The notes under the pieces were generated by a model, which saw only the letters and a program-made list of their open reading frames with translations, was not told the DNA's origin and made no database searches. Of a stretch of DNA of 64,000 bases, positions 13,969-24,820 are shown piece after piece. This DNA comes from Selaginella moellendorffii (lineage: Eukaryota > Plantae > Lycopodiophyta). The first letter of the stretch is position 1. Each line of letters begins with the position of its first letter. Both the position numbers and the translations under genes were made by a program. The stretch lies in the NCBI RefSeq assembly GCF_000143415.4, contig NW_003314264.1, positions 746,014 to 810,013 of the forward strand, read 5' to 3'.

Positions 13969-14394
13969 GGAAAAGCTCTATTTCGTTAAAGTGGGAATTG
14001 TCATTATCCCACTTGTAGAATAAGGTTTCCAAACCTTTATATAGTATATAAATATAATAGAATTCAACTGCATTGAGGCACATGCCATTTTATTTTAAAC
14101 AAGAAAATGTCTACTCAATCACTTCTCCTCCCCCTGCCACTGCTTCACCTCTCTCTTCTCCTTGTCATCGTCGTCCAATTTCTTTCCATCCTTTTAATAT
14201 TGGCTCAGTTGCTCCGAGTCTAGGTGGAGCCCAAGTCCCCATTCAATCTTTACTTTCCCCTTATCAATAAAACAACTTCGTAGACTTCCAATAACATGCT
14301 GTAACACTTCTAGTATAATGCAAATCCTCTCAAAGAATTGTCTTTTAATATTAATACAATGGCATGGAACCCCATGCCATAATAAGTTACATTT

Positions 14395-17300
14395 TTAAAT
14401 AAATACATGCCATCTCAGACTGTTAGTTTTTTGCCTCCAACGCCTATACAATAATTTTGGAATTTCATCACTCTCCACACTATCAGGATTTAAACCCAAT
14501 AGTAATGCCATCTCTTCTCTAATACGTCCATGCTCATGTTCAGTGGTCGAAGAACCCATCCGGTTGAGCAGATTATGGAGATGCGGATAGTGCTTGGCTA
14601 GACAATATACATGCCATAAATGATGACTGGTGTTTGTCCGATCAAATGGCTTTTGATATACCGTTCCATCTGCCATTTGGTTGATTTCTGCAGCCACCTC
14701 CTAGACTGGCCGGTTCTCTATCACCATCGCTCCAAGCTGTTTTGCAAGGTCCCCCAGAACATACCCTAGTTTCCATAGGGGTGCACTGCATATGTGTGCG
14801 TGTTCGCTGTAGTTTTAATCGGCGAGTCATCGATGATGAGGATTTCACTTGACCTAGCAGTCCGGTTCATCACTACAGCCTCTGGCTTGACGAAGATGGG
14901 CTTGCTACCCCTCACATGGACCATAGTCAAGCAATCCTCCTGCGTTAGGAGAAAGTCAAATGGTAATATTACTCGCGTTTGATCGTGCATCATCTGTAGC
15001 AACGTTAATGCATTGTGGCGCATCATGGATGTCCAAACTCCCAATTGCAAATTGAACCCGGCCTTCTGTTTTAAGTGTCGCATGGTCATTATTAGATCCT
15101 GCAGTTTCTCCCGTGTGATTAATGTGAATCTGTCTCTTTTGACCAACTTGCGACCGCAGGCTTTGGAGAGTGCAGTGACATTCGAGGACAAGCCACGCTC
15201 ATGGGAGAAAAGGACACTGTTCAGATCAAAAACGATACAGTACCTTCACCGTGACTCTGAAATGAAATGCGTCAGCATAAAAAATGGTACAAGTCAATTT
15301 TACCATCTACAATATTAGTGAATGGTGCTCCCGATGGTCGTTGAGAGGGTTTTGGTCGAGGAAACGTGAAGGCTGAAATACTCTCCTCTGCAATGTGGGG
15401 TCAATCGCATCCGATGGCGTGTGGGCACATGCCATTTCAGCTGTAGACTCTGGTACAACTGGCTTAACAGTGGCATGGGGTGGTTCCGATGGCGTGTGAT
15501 CACACGCCATTTCAGCTGGTGCCTTCGTTGGCAAAGTGGACATGACCGAACAGGCAGCAGGGGCGGTGTAGGGAGGTTCCAACGGCGCGTAGTCAGACGA
15601 TTGGGCACACGTTGAGTCTGTTGGATATGAGGATACGACCGGCTCGGCGGCTGGGGCGGCCTCATGCGGGTCCAATGGCGCCTGGTCACCATCAGTTGGA
15701 TACGTGGACAAGATTAACTCAGTGGTATGGGCAGCATCAAGTGGAGCGTGGTCAGCTTGCTTGGCATTGATATGGATAGTAGCCTCCACCAGCTCTGATG
15801 ACTCTTGCAGGCAAGTAGAGTGCATTGGCGGATCCATATGCATGTCCAAATATCTCCCTTCGATTGAGATGGTATCCTCCCATGCTACTAAAAACAAACT
15901 CATTAGCACATTGAATCAACTATACTATATTTACCATCAACTGCTATTGAGGAACTAGGACCGATATCACTTGGGCGCACTGCTGATTCTGAAGGATTGG
16001 ACATACGTTTCGACCTTTGCTTGGCACTATCCTTCCTCGACACTAAAGGCTAGAGTTTGTATCTTAATTCAACTGAATAATCTCTACTTACCATTTGCTC
16101 TGCGACCTACATGGACAATGTTAGAAATGGTAGAAAGTTAGGAATGGATGTACTATTATTTACCTGATGGTTTGTCTTGTATGACCTTCCTCCGCTGCTC
16201 TTTAGCCACCTCAGGCTGGCCATCGTCATCATCATTGTCGTCATCGTTATTGTGATCGTCACCATTGTGAGGACCATCAAAGTCCTCTTCGTCCTCCTCT
16301 TCTTCGTCCTCCTCTTCTTTGTCCTCCTCTTCGTCCTTCTGCTCTTCCTGCTCATTATCTTTCTCTGGCTCCTCATCCCCCTCCTGCATTTCTTCCATAG
16401 GCTGCTCAGGCTGGATGGCTTGTTCTTCCAGGACCATCTTGGGAAAATCATCTGGCCGAGTCTCCATCTCAAAATACAAGACATCCATAGCCTGTTTTAG
16501 TGTGTGACCTAGGACCGTATCCTCACCCGACTGTCTTAACATGGTTTCTGCACGTTCTTGCACCCTTCGAAGACGACGAGATGAGAAAAACGTGGCCCTG
16601 ACTTGAAAAGCATCCCTCATCCATTGTACCTCTCCATTGAGATTGGGGAAGGGGAGTCCGCCATAGGAATCTGAGTCAGGAGGTGGTGACTGGCTGCTTT
16701 CACTCAGCCCTTGATCTGCAATGAATGGCATGAGCACACACGCCATAACCGCGAGGCATTACCTATCATCTTTTCGTTGCCCTTCTTCCTTTTCGAATCA
16801 AAGGCCTCTGATCCCGACGACTGTCCAACGTGCTTTCGCTTTTTATGACCACTGTCAATTTGAGCTTGATCTGCAAGAAATGGCATGAGGACCCACGCAA
16901 TAACCATGACGCTTTACTTCCCGTCCTTGGAGGCTCTGTCGTGCCTTCTGCATCCTCAGGTGCCTGCTCCTCAATTCCCTTTCTCTTTCGTTTCTTATGC
17001 GCCAGTTCTACAGAAATAGCATGAGGACATACGCGATAAGCACACAAATGCTTTTACCCTTCCTCCTCTGCCCTAGTCGGTTGTCCATCTCTTTGTCTAC
17101 AGCGTCTGAAAGCTGTTTTGCAGGTAGCCTAATTCGAGGTTCATGACGTCTCCTTGGCACTTGAACTGTATACTATTGCATCAACACATGCAACATCCCA
17201 CAATATTTTTAAGTTACCTTTCATAAAGTTTTCCATTGGTTCAACTCGTTCCCCTGAAATACAAACTTAGATAAGTGCATGGGGCCATATGTCATGATCG

Positions 17301-19892
17301 TACCTGTTTCGGAACTCTCCTTATCACTCTCCAAGGCCTCCCCCTCCTCCACTGGAGGCACGTTGTTCCGTTCGATTTCCTCGACTCGATCTGCAAGAAC
17401 ATTAGTTAATTGCGTGGGGCCACACGCCATCAAACCTTCAGGTTCTTGTCGTGAGGTCTGCACTACTTGCCCTAGTCTCTTTGGAATTTGAGCTGCAAGA
17501 AGCAATGGCATGAGAATTCACGTATAACAAAAATGATTGGTACCTCTTGTCCGTTGTACTTGGCTGGTGCTTGCCTGTTTTGCCTTTGAAGAAGTGTCTC
17601 CTGCAAGGAATGGCATGAGACCACACGCCATTGCAAATATAATTTGTACCTCCTTTTTTCCTATTGCTTGTCTGTTTGTCCTTCTTCGATGCGCCACCAG
17701 TGCGCTTTTCAGTCCTCGTGTCTGAATATTCACAACGATCTATAATCAAAATGGCATGAGGCCTCACGTGACCTTACCTTGTGCAGGTTGTGAGCTCGGC
17801 CCAACATGGGTATCTTCAACAGTAGCTGTTAACGCCGTTTCAGCATCTGGGGGTGGCCACGCTCCTACATACAGAGCTTGTGAGATAACATTTAAACTTA
17901 AAGTGCGTACTCACCAGGTTCGCAGAGAAGATACTGTTTTTCTTTGGCAACTGTAATTATATGCTCCATTGAAGTCACCTCTTCAATGGAGTTTGTCACC
18001 GCAACACACAGGACACCCTTGAGTAGTGCGGCTCGAAAGAATAATCCGCCGCAATTGTACTCGACAACGCATTTGCCCTTGGAGTCGGAAGCAGGTGACC
18101 CACCCGCTATTGCGTTGAAGACCCAGCTGAGCATTTCCCATGCTGCACCTGGAGCTTTCTTTGGATTCGAAAGTTCCATAGCCGTCTTCAGTTCCTCAAG
18201 CACGGGTAAATTGACTTCCCTCAGATCAATTCGATCGGTCTTGTCGAACGAAGCTGGGAAGTCACTCCAGTCCCACTCTGCTGCAGGACCAATAACAAGG
18301 GTGAGTGTGAAGATGCGGACATTCGTCGGTATCTTCTTCTTAGCCATTATCCCATGGATCTCCCGCATCTCCTTGCCTTTCAACCAAGCCTTCACCTCGT
18401 TCAAGGCCTTCTAGAACTTGTGATAGGATTCGAACTCGTAGATCATATAGTGGACTGAAGATTCCACCTCCGCAAGTCCCACCATTAAGTCAATGATGGA
18501 GCTGACTTTGTCTGCATGAGTGATCTCCTCGTTTGTGAAGTCCATCACACAAAAGATGTTCTTGACCTGCTCATCTCCACGGGAAACGATGCTCCTCCAC
18601 CTTTGATCCTCATCTGAATTCACGTATACCCGGTAAGGTTCTCGATAGGCCTCTGCTGCGGGGTCGAGCTGTTTCTGAAGCTGGCGGTCGACATCCCTCT
18701 TAATGAAATTTGGATACTGATCCAACTTCTCAGCTTTACTTTTCGTGGCATCCCGCAGCAGATCGATGAACTTGGGGGCCCCTGTCACGTACTTGTCGAT
18801 GTCTTCATTTGACAACTCCAGCTCTTCCATCATCTCTTGCGTGGTGTCGATGCTCACCCTCTCCATGGCCACTTGCTTGAAGATCCAATCCTTCAATAGC
18901 GCACGAGCTCTCAGAGTCGTGCACAAGTCCTCGTATGTCACAATATGGCCAGGAGTCATTTTGGTCTTGTTGAAAACTACCTCACCACGTAGAAGAGCAT
19001 TAGCCACTGTCAGAAGGTCGTTGTTATCTAGAGACCGCGAGAAACGCAAGGTGTTGAGCTTCAAATCATTGGGCTTCCGGCCGTCCTCCACACCGATTGA
19101 GTTTAGCAACTCCCTGTCATGGTACCTCCTTAGCACATCTACCCATTTGTCAAAAACAACTTTTGTCGCGAGTAGAATGTTATGGATGCTGAGTGTGTCA
19201 TTGACCCCTAGTGTTTTCGAGAGAAGACTCAAGAATTCCTGCAATGGAAATGGCGTGAGGCCGCATGCTATGCCACATGCAACGAGGCTTACCTGCCAGG
19301 CACTAGTTGCTAGTGCACGTCCTTGTCCTAGTTTTTGTGGCTTCTTCAGTTGAACCCAGAGCTTCCGTGTTCGTGCCAATGTCTCGTGCAGACCCGATTT
19401 GTAGCACGTTTCTTGCTTGACATTCTGCGCGTGGGAGATGTATATGATAGATCGGAGGGGCGAGTTGCCTTTTATCAGGTGGACAACTCTTGTCTTGAAG
19501 ACTTTCTTCACCTCCTCACCCACCATAATATCCACAACTATCTCTTGCATCGCCAAGCTAGAATGCTGCCCGGAGACGGCATAGAACCGGATGTTCTGAT
19601 CGTCCAACACCTTCCTATTGATCAAGTCTGGAAACCTCGTCTCGCCCTTCATTGTTCGGTAGTAGGGGATCACGTCTGCGATGTCGGGTGTTACTGGACT
19701 TCCCAGCATCTTCTACTTCAGTTTCTCCACCCACTCATCAGATACTAGCCTGTGGTACGACAGCAAAGTCTAGAAGCTACTCAGTTTGAAATTTGTCAGA
19801 GGAATCATAAGATCTGGTTTGTCAGAGGATTTGATGTGACGTTCAAGCGTGTGTTATTTTTGAATTCTCGAACTCATTCCTAGGTCTATCAT
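14395..19892 (-). pseudogene. Multi-exon transposon cargo gene: ParB-like, MTase-like, acidic/low-complexity and FCP1-like phosphatase regions
   Basis: Same-frame ORFs 19709-18411 and 18404-17898 are split by a TGG>TAG change (TGG in the other copy). Many GT-AG micro-introns. Motifs FYAVSGQHS, VVEYNCGG and DLNSVL...IIDDSPIK. Confidence 0.7.
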
Positions 19893-20363
19893 TTTTGTGC
19901 GCCGTGTTCTTGGTTCCGCTAAGCGCAGTGAGCGCTGCTTGTGTAAGCGGCGTTGTGAGCTGTGGTTTATGCATCTATGAGCGGTTGCGGCATTGCGAGC
20001 GCCATTGCGAGCGGCAGTTTATGCGAGTGGCAGTTTGTGCGAGCGGCACTACGAGCAGTTGCGGTGGTGCGAGCGGCGCTACGGTACCACTAATGGTATG
20101 AGGGCTCATGCCATCTTGGGGCTTGCAAGTTCATCACTAGCATATTGCCAATAGTTTCTTTACTTGCCTATAGCTGTGTGTTTATCAAGATGGCATGAGG
20201 CCTCATGCCAATTTTGTGAATGCGAAATTTCACGTGGGTGTCAATAGCATATTTGAATAATGGCATATGGCCTCATGCTATTGAGGTTGTTTGGTATGTT
20301 ATGATTTAGGCCATTCTCCAATCATTTTTTGTATGGTCTTAACTTCTTTTCTGCACTTTCAGA

Positions 20364-23189
20364 ATGGCCTCCGCAAGTGCGACGCATGTTCCCTCCGTGG
20401 ATCTTAAGAACCGTGCTACATGGATTCAGGCAAAGGTGTTTCTAAACAACCCCGAGGGGGAGGTGGTAGCTGAGGGCTTAGCCACAGTTGTCGATCCAAG
20501 AGATGCGGTTGCTAATCAAGAATTGGGCTACGATGATATTGGAGTTGCGATTTTAGAGGTTGTTGACACAGAAGAAAACAGTCTGACTATTAGAAGCATT
20601 GTGCGGTGGAAATTGAGGCACTTAGTGTTTGAGAATGTGAAGGATTCACACTCAAACACCACTACAACTGATGACAGAACATCTCTTCATGGGAAAAGAA
20701 AGTACACCTTCCTAAAGCGCAGCCAAAGGGATCTGAGCAACAAACCGAAAAGGCAGAAAATGGCGATGGAGGTTCGAATTGTCTCGACAGTTGCTTGTTG
20801 CAAGAGGAGGTGCTGTCAACATGCTGATTGGGATGCTATTGAAGAGGAGAGAGCAAGATACAAGACATTGTCCTAGAAGGCAACTCGCAATTTTGTGTAT
20901 GAGGCATTACGGTCATCTGTTGATGCTTCAGAACATCAGGTGGGGGGGATGGTCTTCCAGAGGGGTTTGGTCTACATGAAGGCATGGAGAATCATTTATG
21001 GAGTCCCTCAAACCACATTCTACAGAATCAAAACTAAGTTCGAGGAACAAAGGGTTCAACAGGCAGTCCATGGGAACAACGGTACTCACAAAACCAGGGG
21101 TCATGTTGTATATGGAGAGGCAATCTTCAAGAGGTTTGTCGAGACATGTAGCGAGCAGCAACCACATAAAACCCGCCTCTTGGAAGATGGAACTCGAGAC
21201 ACCCAACAAGTTCTCCCTTCCATGTATACCAAGGGGGCCATATTGGAAGATGTGAATCGGGAACTCCAGAGTAATGGCTACAAGAAGCTGAGCCAATCTA
21301 GATTTAGTAGATTGTGGAGCAACAGGTTCAGGGATGTGAGTATAGGAAAGTACTCCAGCTTTTCAAAGTGTGACGAGTGCATTGCTATCAAAATGGCTTT
21401 GTCGAAGAATTCTTGCATCGCTCAAGAGTGAGAGACGTTGGTTAGAAGGCGGCTCGACCACAACATCGAGCAGAGAAGCTGCAGGACTGCATATTATCAT
21501 AACAAGATTCTCTCCATGGAGAGACCTGACTCTTACCTCTGCATCATCCACGACAAAATGGACCAGAAAAAGACGTGCTTACCTCGACTCAATCCTGCCC
21601 CCAAGGCAATCTCTTCATCCATGCAGCTGCCTATGTCTCTGTTTGGCATAATCGCTCATGGGCATGGTGCCCAGAACTATGGGAACTTCTTTGTACCTCT
21701 ATGGGGTGGCGGGGGTGCAAACATGATGATTGCGTCCCTAGCAAAACACTTAAGGTCTCTGCAAAGTGCGCAGACTGAGCTGAATGGCCAACCCTTGCAT
21801 AAGGCCCTTGTCAATCGAACCCCATACAGGGTTCAGCTGGAGGAGGAGGAAAGGCTTGCAGTATTGCATGGGGCCCCATGCCATCCCAGTGAATATGTTG
21901 GCCGTCAGATTGTAGAGTTATTAGGTGAGGCCTCATGCCATTCCGACGAGGCTGGTCACCCGGTGAATGCACAGCCTCATCCAAACAAAGCAGAATCTCA
22001 AGGAAGTTCTTGCGGCCGATGTGGCCTTCCACCCCATCTTCTGCTCCAAACAGACAATGCTGGCAGTGAGAACAAAAACATGTACGTCTTCGCGTACTTG
22101 GCGATGCTTGTTGCCAAAGGCATATTTGAAACGGTTACACTTGGCTTTCTCATGGTTGGGCACACTCATGAAGACGTCGATGCCATGTTCAGTCACCTGG
22201 CAGAGTCCCTCCGGCGATCCAATGTCCTCACCCTCCTACAACTCTACGATGAATTCCAAAATTGCATCAAAGGCACTGTTGAAGCTGCACTTGTGACAGA
22301 GGTTCCAGACTTTAAGGGGTTTGTAAGAGGCTACATTAGAAACGGATTTGAAACGCTGTTTGGCCACTCCAAGCCTCTTCAGTTTCATTTCAGCATGCGT
22401 GACGATGCCCCAATGATGAGGTACAAGATGAGAGAATGGGACACAGTGTGGCTGCCAGTGGACGGCATTGAACTCTTCAAGAGAGATCCCATAACTGGGG
22501 AACCTATGATTCCTTAGGGTTCCCCACGGCCGATGCACCCGGATGGACTCAAAGACCAGGAAAGTATAGTGGCCGGGATTAGACAGCATATTGCCTTCTG
22601 GAAGAGGGGGTTGGTGTTTGGTGGAGAATCCTATTTTCAGAGGTGCAAGCCTTTGCTCGAATACTGGGAGAAGATTATATCTGCTATCCAAAATGGGCCG
22701 GTTGTATATGAAGAATTGGAAGAGTCCTTTTGGCCAGAACCCAGAGCACCAGATAGTAGCAGAACAATGTCCTCTGGAAATGCAGTGACAAATAACGATG
22801 TTGAGGATTACTATTGTGGGCCGAGGAACAAGAAGCTGGATTCAGCATTCAATCCAGTACAGGTTTGCAAAGGAATGGTCGTGCTTGTCAGACCCAGTAA
22901 TAAAAAACAAATGATATAGGTGGGGCGCTGCATCACTGATGCAGAGGAGGACGCGGAAACTAACTCCTTCAATGTAACTGTGGAGTGGTTCAAGCCAAGT
23001 TCCGGATATATGAAGGATTGCCTAGAAAAGAGATGGGTGCTGAATCCAAGGGATCCCAATATGAGCATATCGGTGGATAATGTTGTGCATGGTTGGATGT
23101 GGAAGCAGAGTGCCACCATCACCTTGCCAGACCATGCAAGAGATGCAGCAAGAGCATTCATAACCCGGGTTCAAGGTGAGATTCATTAA
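20364..23189 (+). pseudogene. Sola-like DDD transposase (DUF7869-type core), ~940 codons with four in-frame stops
   Basis: Five consecutive ORFs share one frame. Motifs SKCDEC, IIHDKMDQKK, LQTDNAGSENKN and FLMVGHTHEDVDAMFS. Confidence 0.85.
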
Positions 23190-23902
23190 TATTCCTTTAC
23201 TAAGTTTCTAATGTATTTTATTTCAAGGTGAACAATCCGAATCTGAATCAGAGGAGGCGTGATGGCATGTGGCCTTACGCCATTCCTAGGTGAGATGATA
23301 CAAATAACAAGTATAAATTCTTAGTTGTTCTAGCAAATCTTACTTAAAGTTCAAGGTGAACAAGCCAAATATGAATTCATCGGATTGTTATAACAAATTG
23401 CGAGGTGATGGCATGAGGCAATACGCCATTTGAGAGTGGTAGCCATTCCTATATGAGGTGAGTGAAATATTTATTAGAAATACCTCATTCAATTGTGCAC
23501 TTCTAAGTCTTGGTCCACTCAGTACTGTTTGCATGTTTCTATTTTAATTCTTTCTCTAAAATGTTATTTAGCATGTGGCTTCATGCCATTGCTCTCCACA
23601 ATCATGCATTGAATTTTTCTATCCTTGCATAATACTTCTCCATATATATAGCATGTGCGCACATGTGATATGGTTCATTAGGCCTGATATAGTGTGTGAG
23701 GTAAAACAAAGATGATGTGACATATGCATTTACCAATCACACGTGCATAAATCTAATAATATGGCGTGTGGCCCATATTAATGGCACATAAACCCATATT
23801 GTGGGCTTACGTGCTTTATGTACCATCATTCCCTTGCAGCGTGTGTGTTGGTTTCCTTTTATAACACAACGAACTCCATATTTTAGGGTGAAGAGCGTTC
23901 TC

Positions 23903-24160
23903 ATGGCAAGCACAAAATCTGTAAGTGAGGCAGAAAAGGAGATGGAGAAGGAGATAGGTGAAGATGTAGAATATATAAGTCTTCCAAACTCCCCGTACTA
24001 TACTCCAGGTGATCATTTTTCTGAACAAACGGCAACATTAACAACTATCGAGAACGCCCTAGTAACGTCAAAGACAACAATCCAAAGCAAAACAACTGAC
24101 CCGGAGAAGGATGATAGTACCGCTGAGAGTACCAAAAAGGAGGTGTCCACTAGCGCTTAG
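23903..24160 (+). CDS. Small acidic/Thr-rich hypothetical ORF inside the DNA transposon
   Basis: Open frame MASTKSVSEAEKEMEKE...; no recognisable domain; may be a downstream exon. Confidence 0.3.
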   Translation: MASTKSVSEAEKEMEKEIGEDVEYISLPNSPYYTPGDHFSEQTATLTTIENALVTSKTTIQSKTTDPEKDDSTAESTKKEVSTSA

Positions 24161-24820
24161 GCTTATAATGGCGTGTGCCCTCATGCCATTTACTTGATCA
24201 CCAAATACCTTTTTCCCTTTGCACTAGTATATCTTAATACCGGTCTGAGAAATAGAATGGCATGTGCCCTCAGGCCTTTTACTAAATCACCTTTGAAATA
24301 AATGCAAGCCTCTATGTCGTAAAAAAAAGGTACTAGAGAAATTCCTTAATAACATGAATGTTATTTAGTTTCATGAAAATACACTAAGGGTCAAATGAGT
24401 TAAATGACTTCTCCAGACTAGCAATGCCTCTTGCTACACCTTCACAATTAGATTCGTTAGAAAAAGATAACATTGAATAATATCTAAATGTTCTCACCAT
24501 TAAGTTATATGTCTGGCTAATAGGAATGACGTTCATCTTGGAAAGCTCACCACACGCTCAATGAACAAATAGTGTGTGTGCGCATGCCATCGCTCTTCTT
24601 TAGCTTCAGATTCGGCTTGTTCACCTTGACAATGAGATTTATTATACAACCAAATGGACTCAGTCTGGACACAAAGTCACCGTGCTAGTCACCATGCCCT
24701 AGATATGTCTAGCCCCTGGACAAAAAACATATAATTTCACGTCATTTTTAAATACTTGAAAATTTGTACCTAGTCCCATTTTACTGAATAAATCCCACTT
24801 TAACGAAATAGAGCTTGGAA

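Larger units (their letters stand above)
13973..24816 (+). mobile_element. 10.8 kb TIR DNA transposon, Sola-like, with divergent transposase and cargo genes
   Basis: 24 bp perfect TIR AAGCTCTATTTCGTTAAAGTGGGA. 4 bp TSD GGAA at 13969-13972 and 24817-24820. Removing the element plus one TSD restores the Gypsy pol frame (QKRS-LKDWDAKF). Confidence 0.93.

Noticed and set aside
13971-13978. Alternative element boundaries with a GC or AGCT target duplication
   Set aside because: These leave the interrupted pol out of frame; the GGAA duplication restores it.
16716-17777. CRISPR-like array suggested by regularly recurring palindromes
   Set aside because: Repeats are degenerate, spacing is irregular (100-160 bp), the intervening sequence reads as exons, there are no cas genes and the DNA is eukaryotic.
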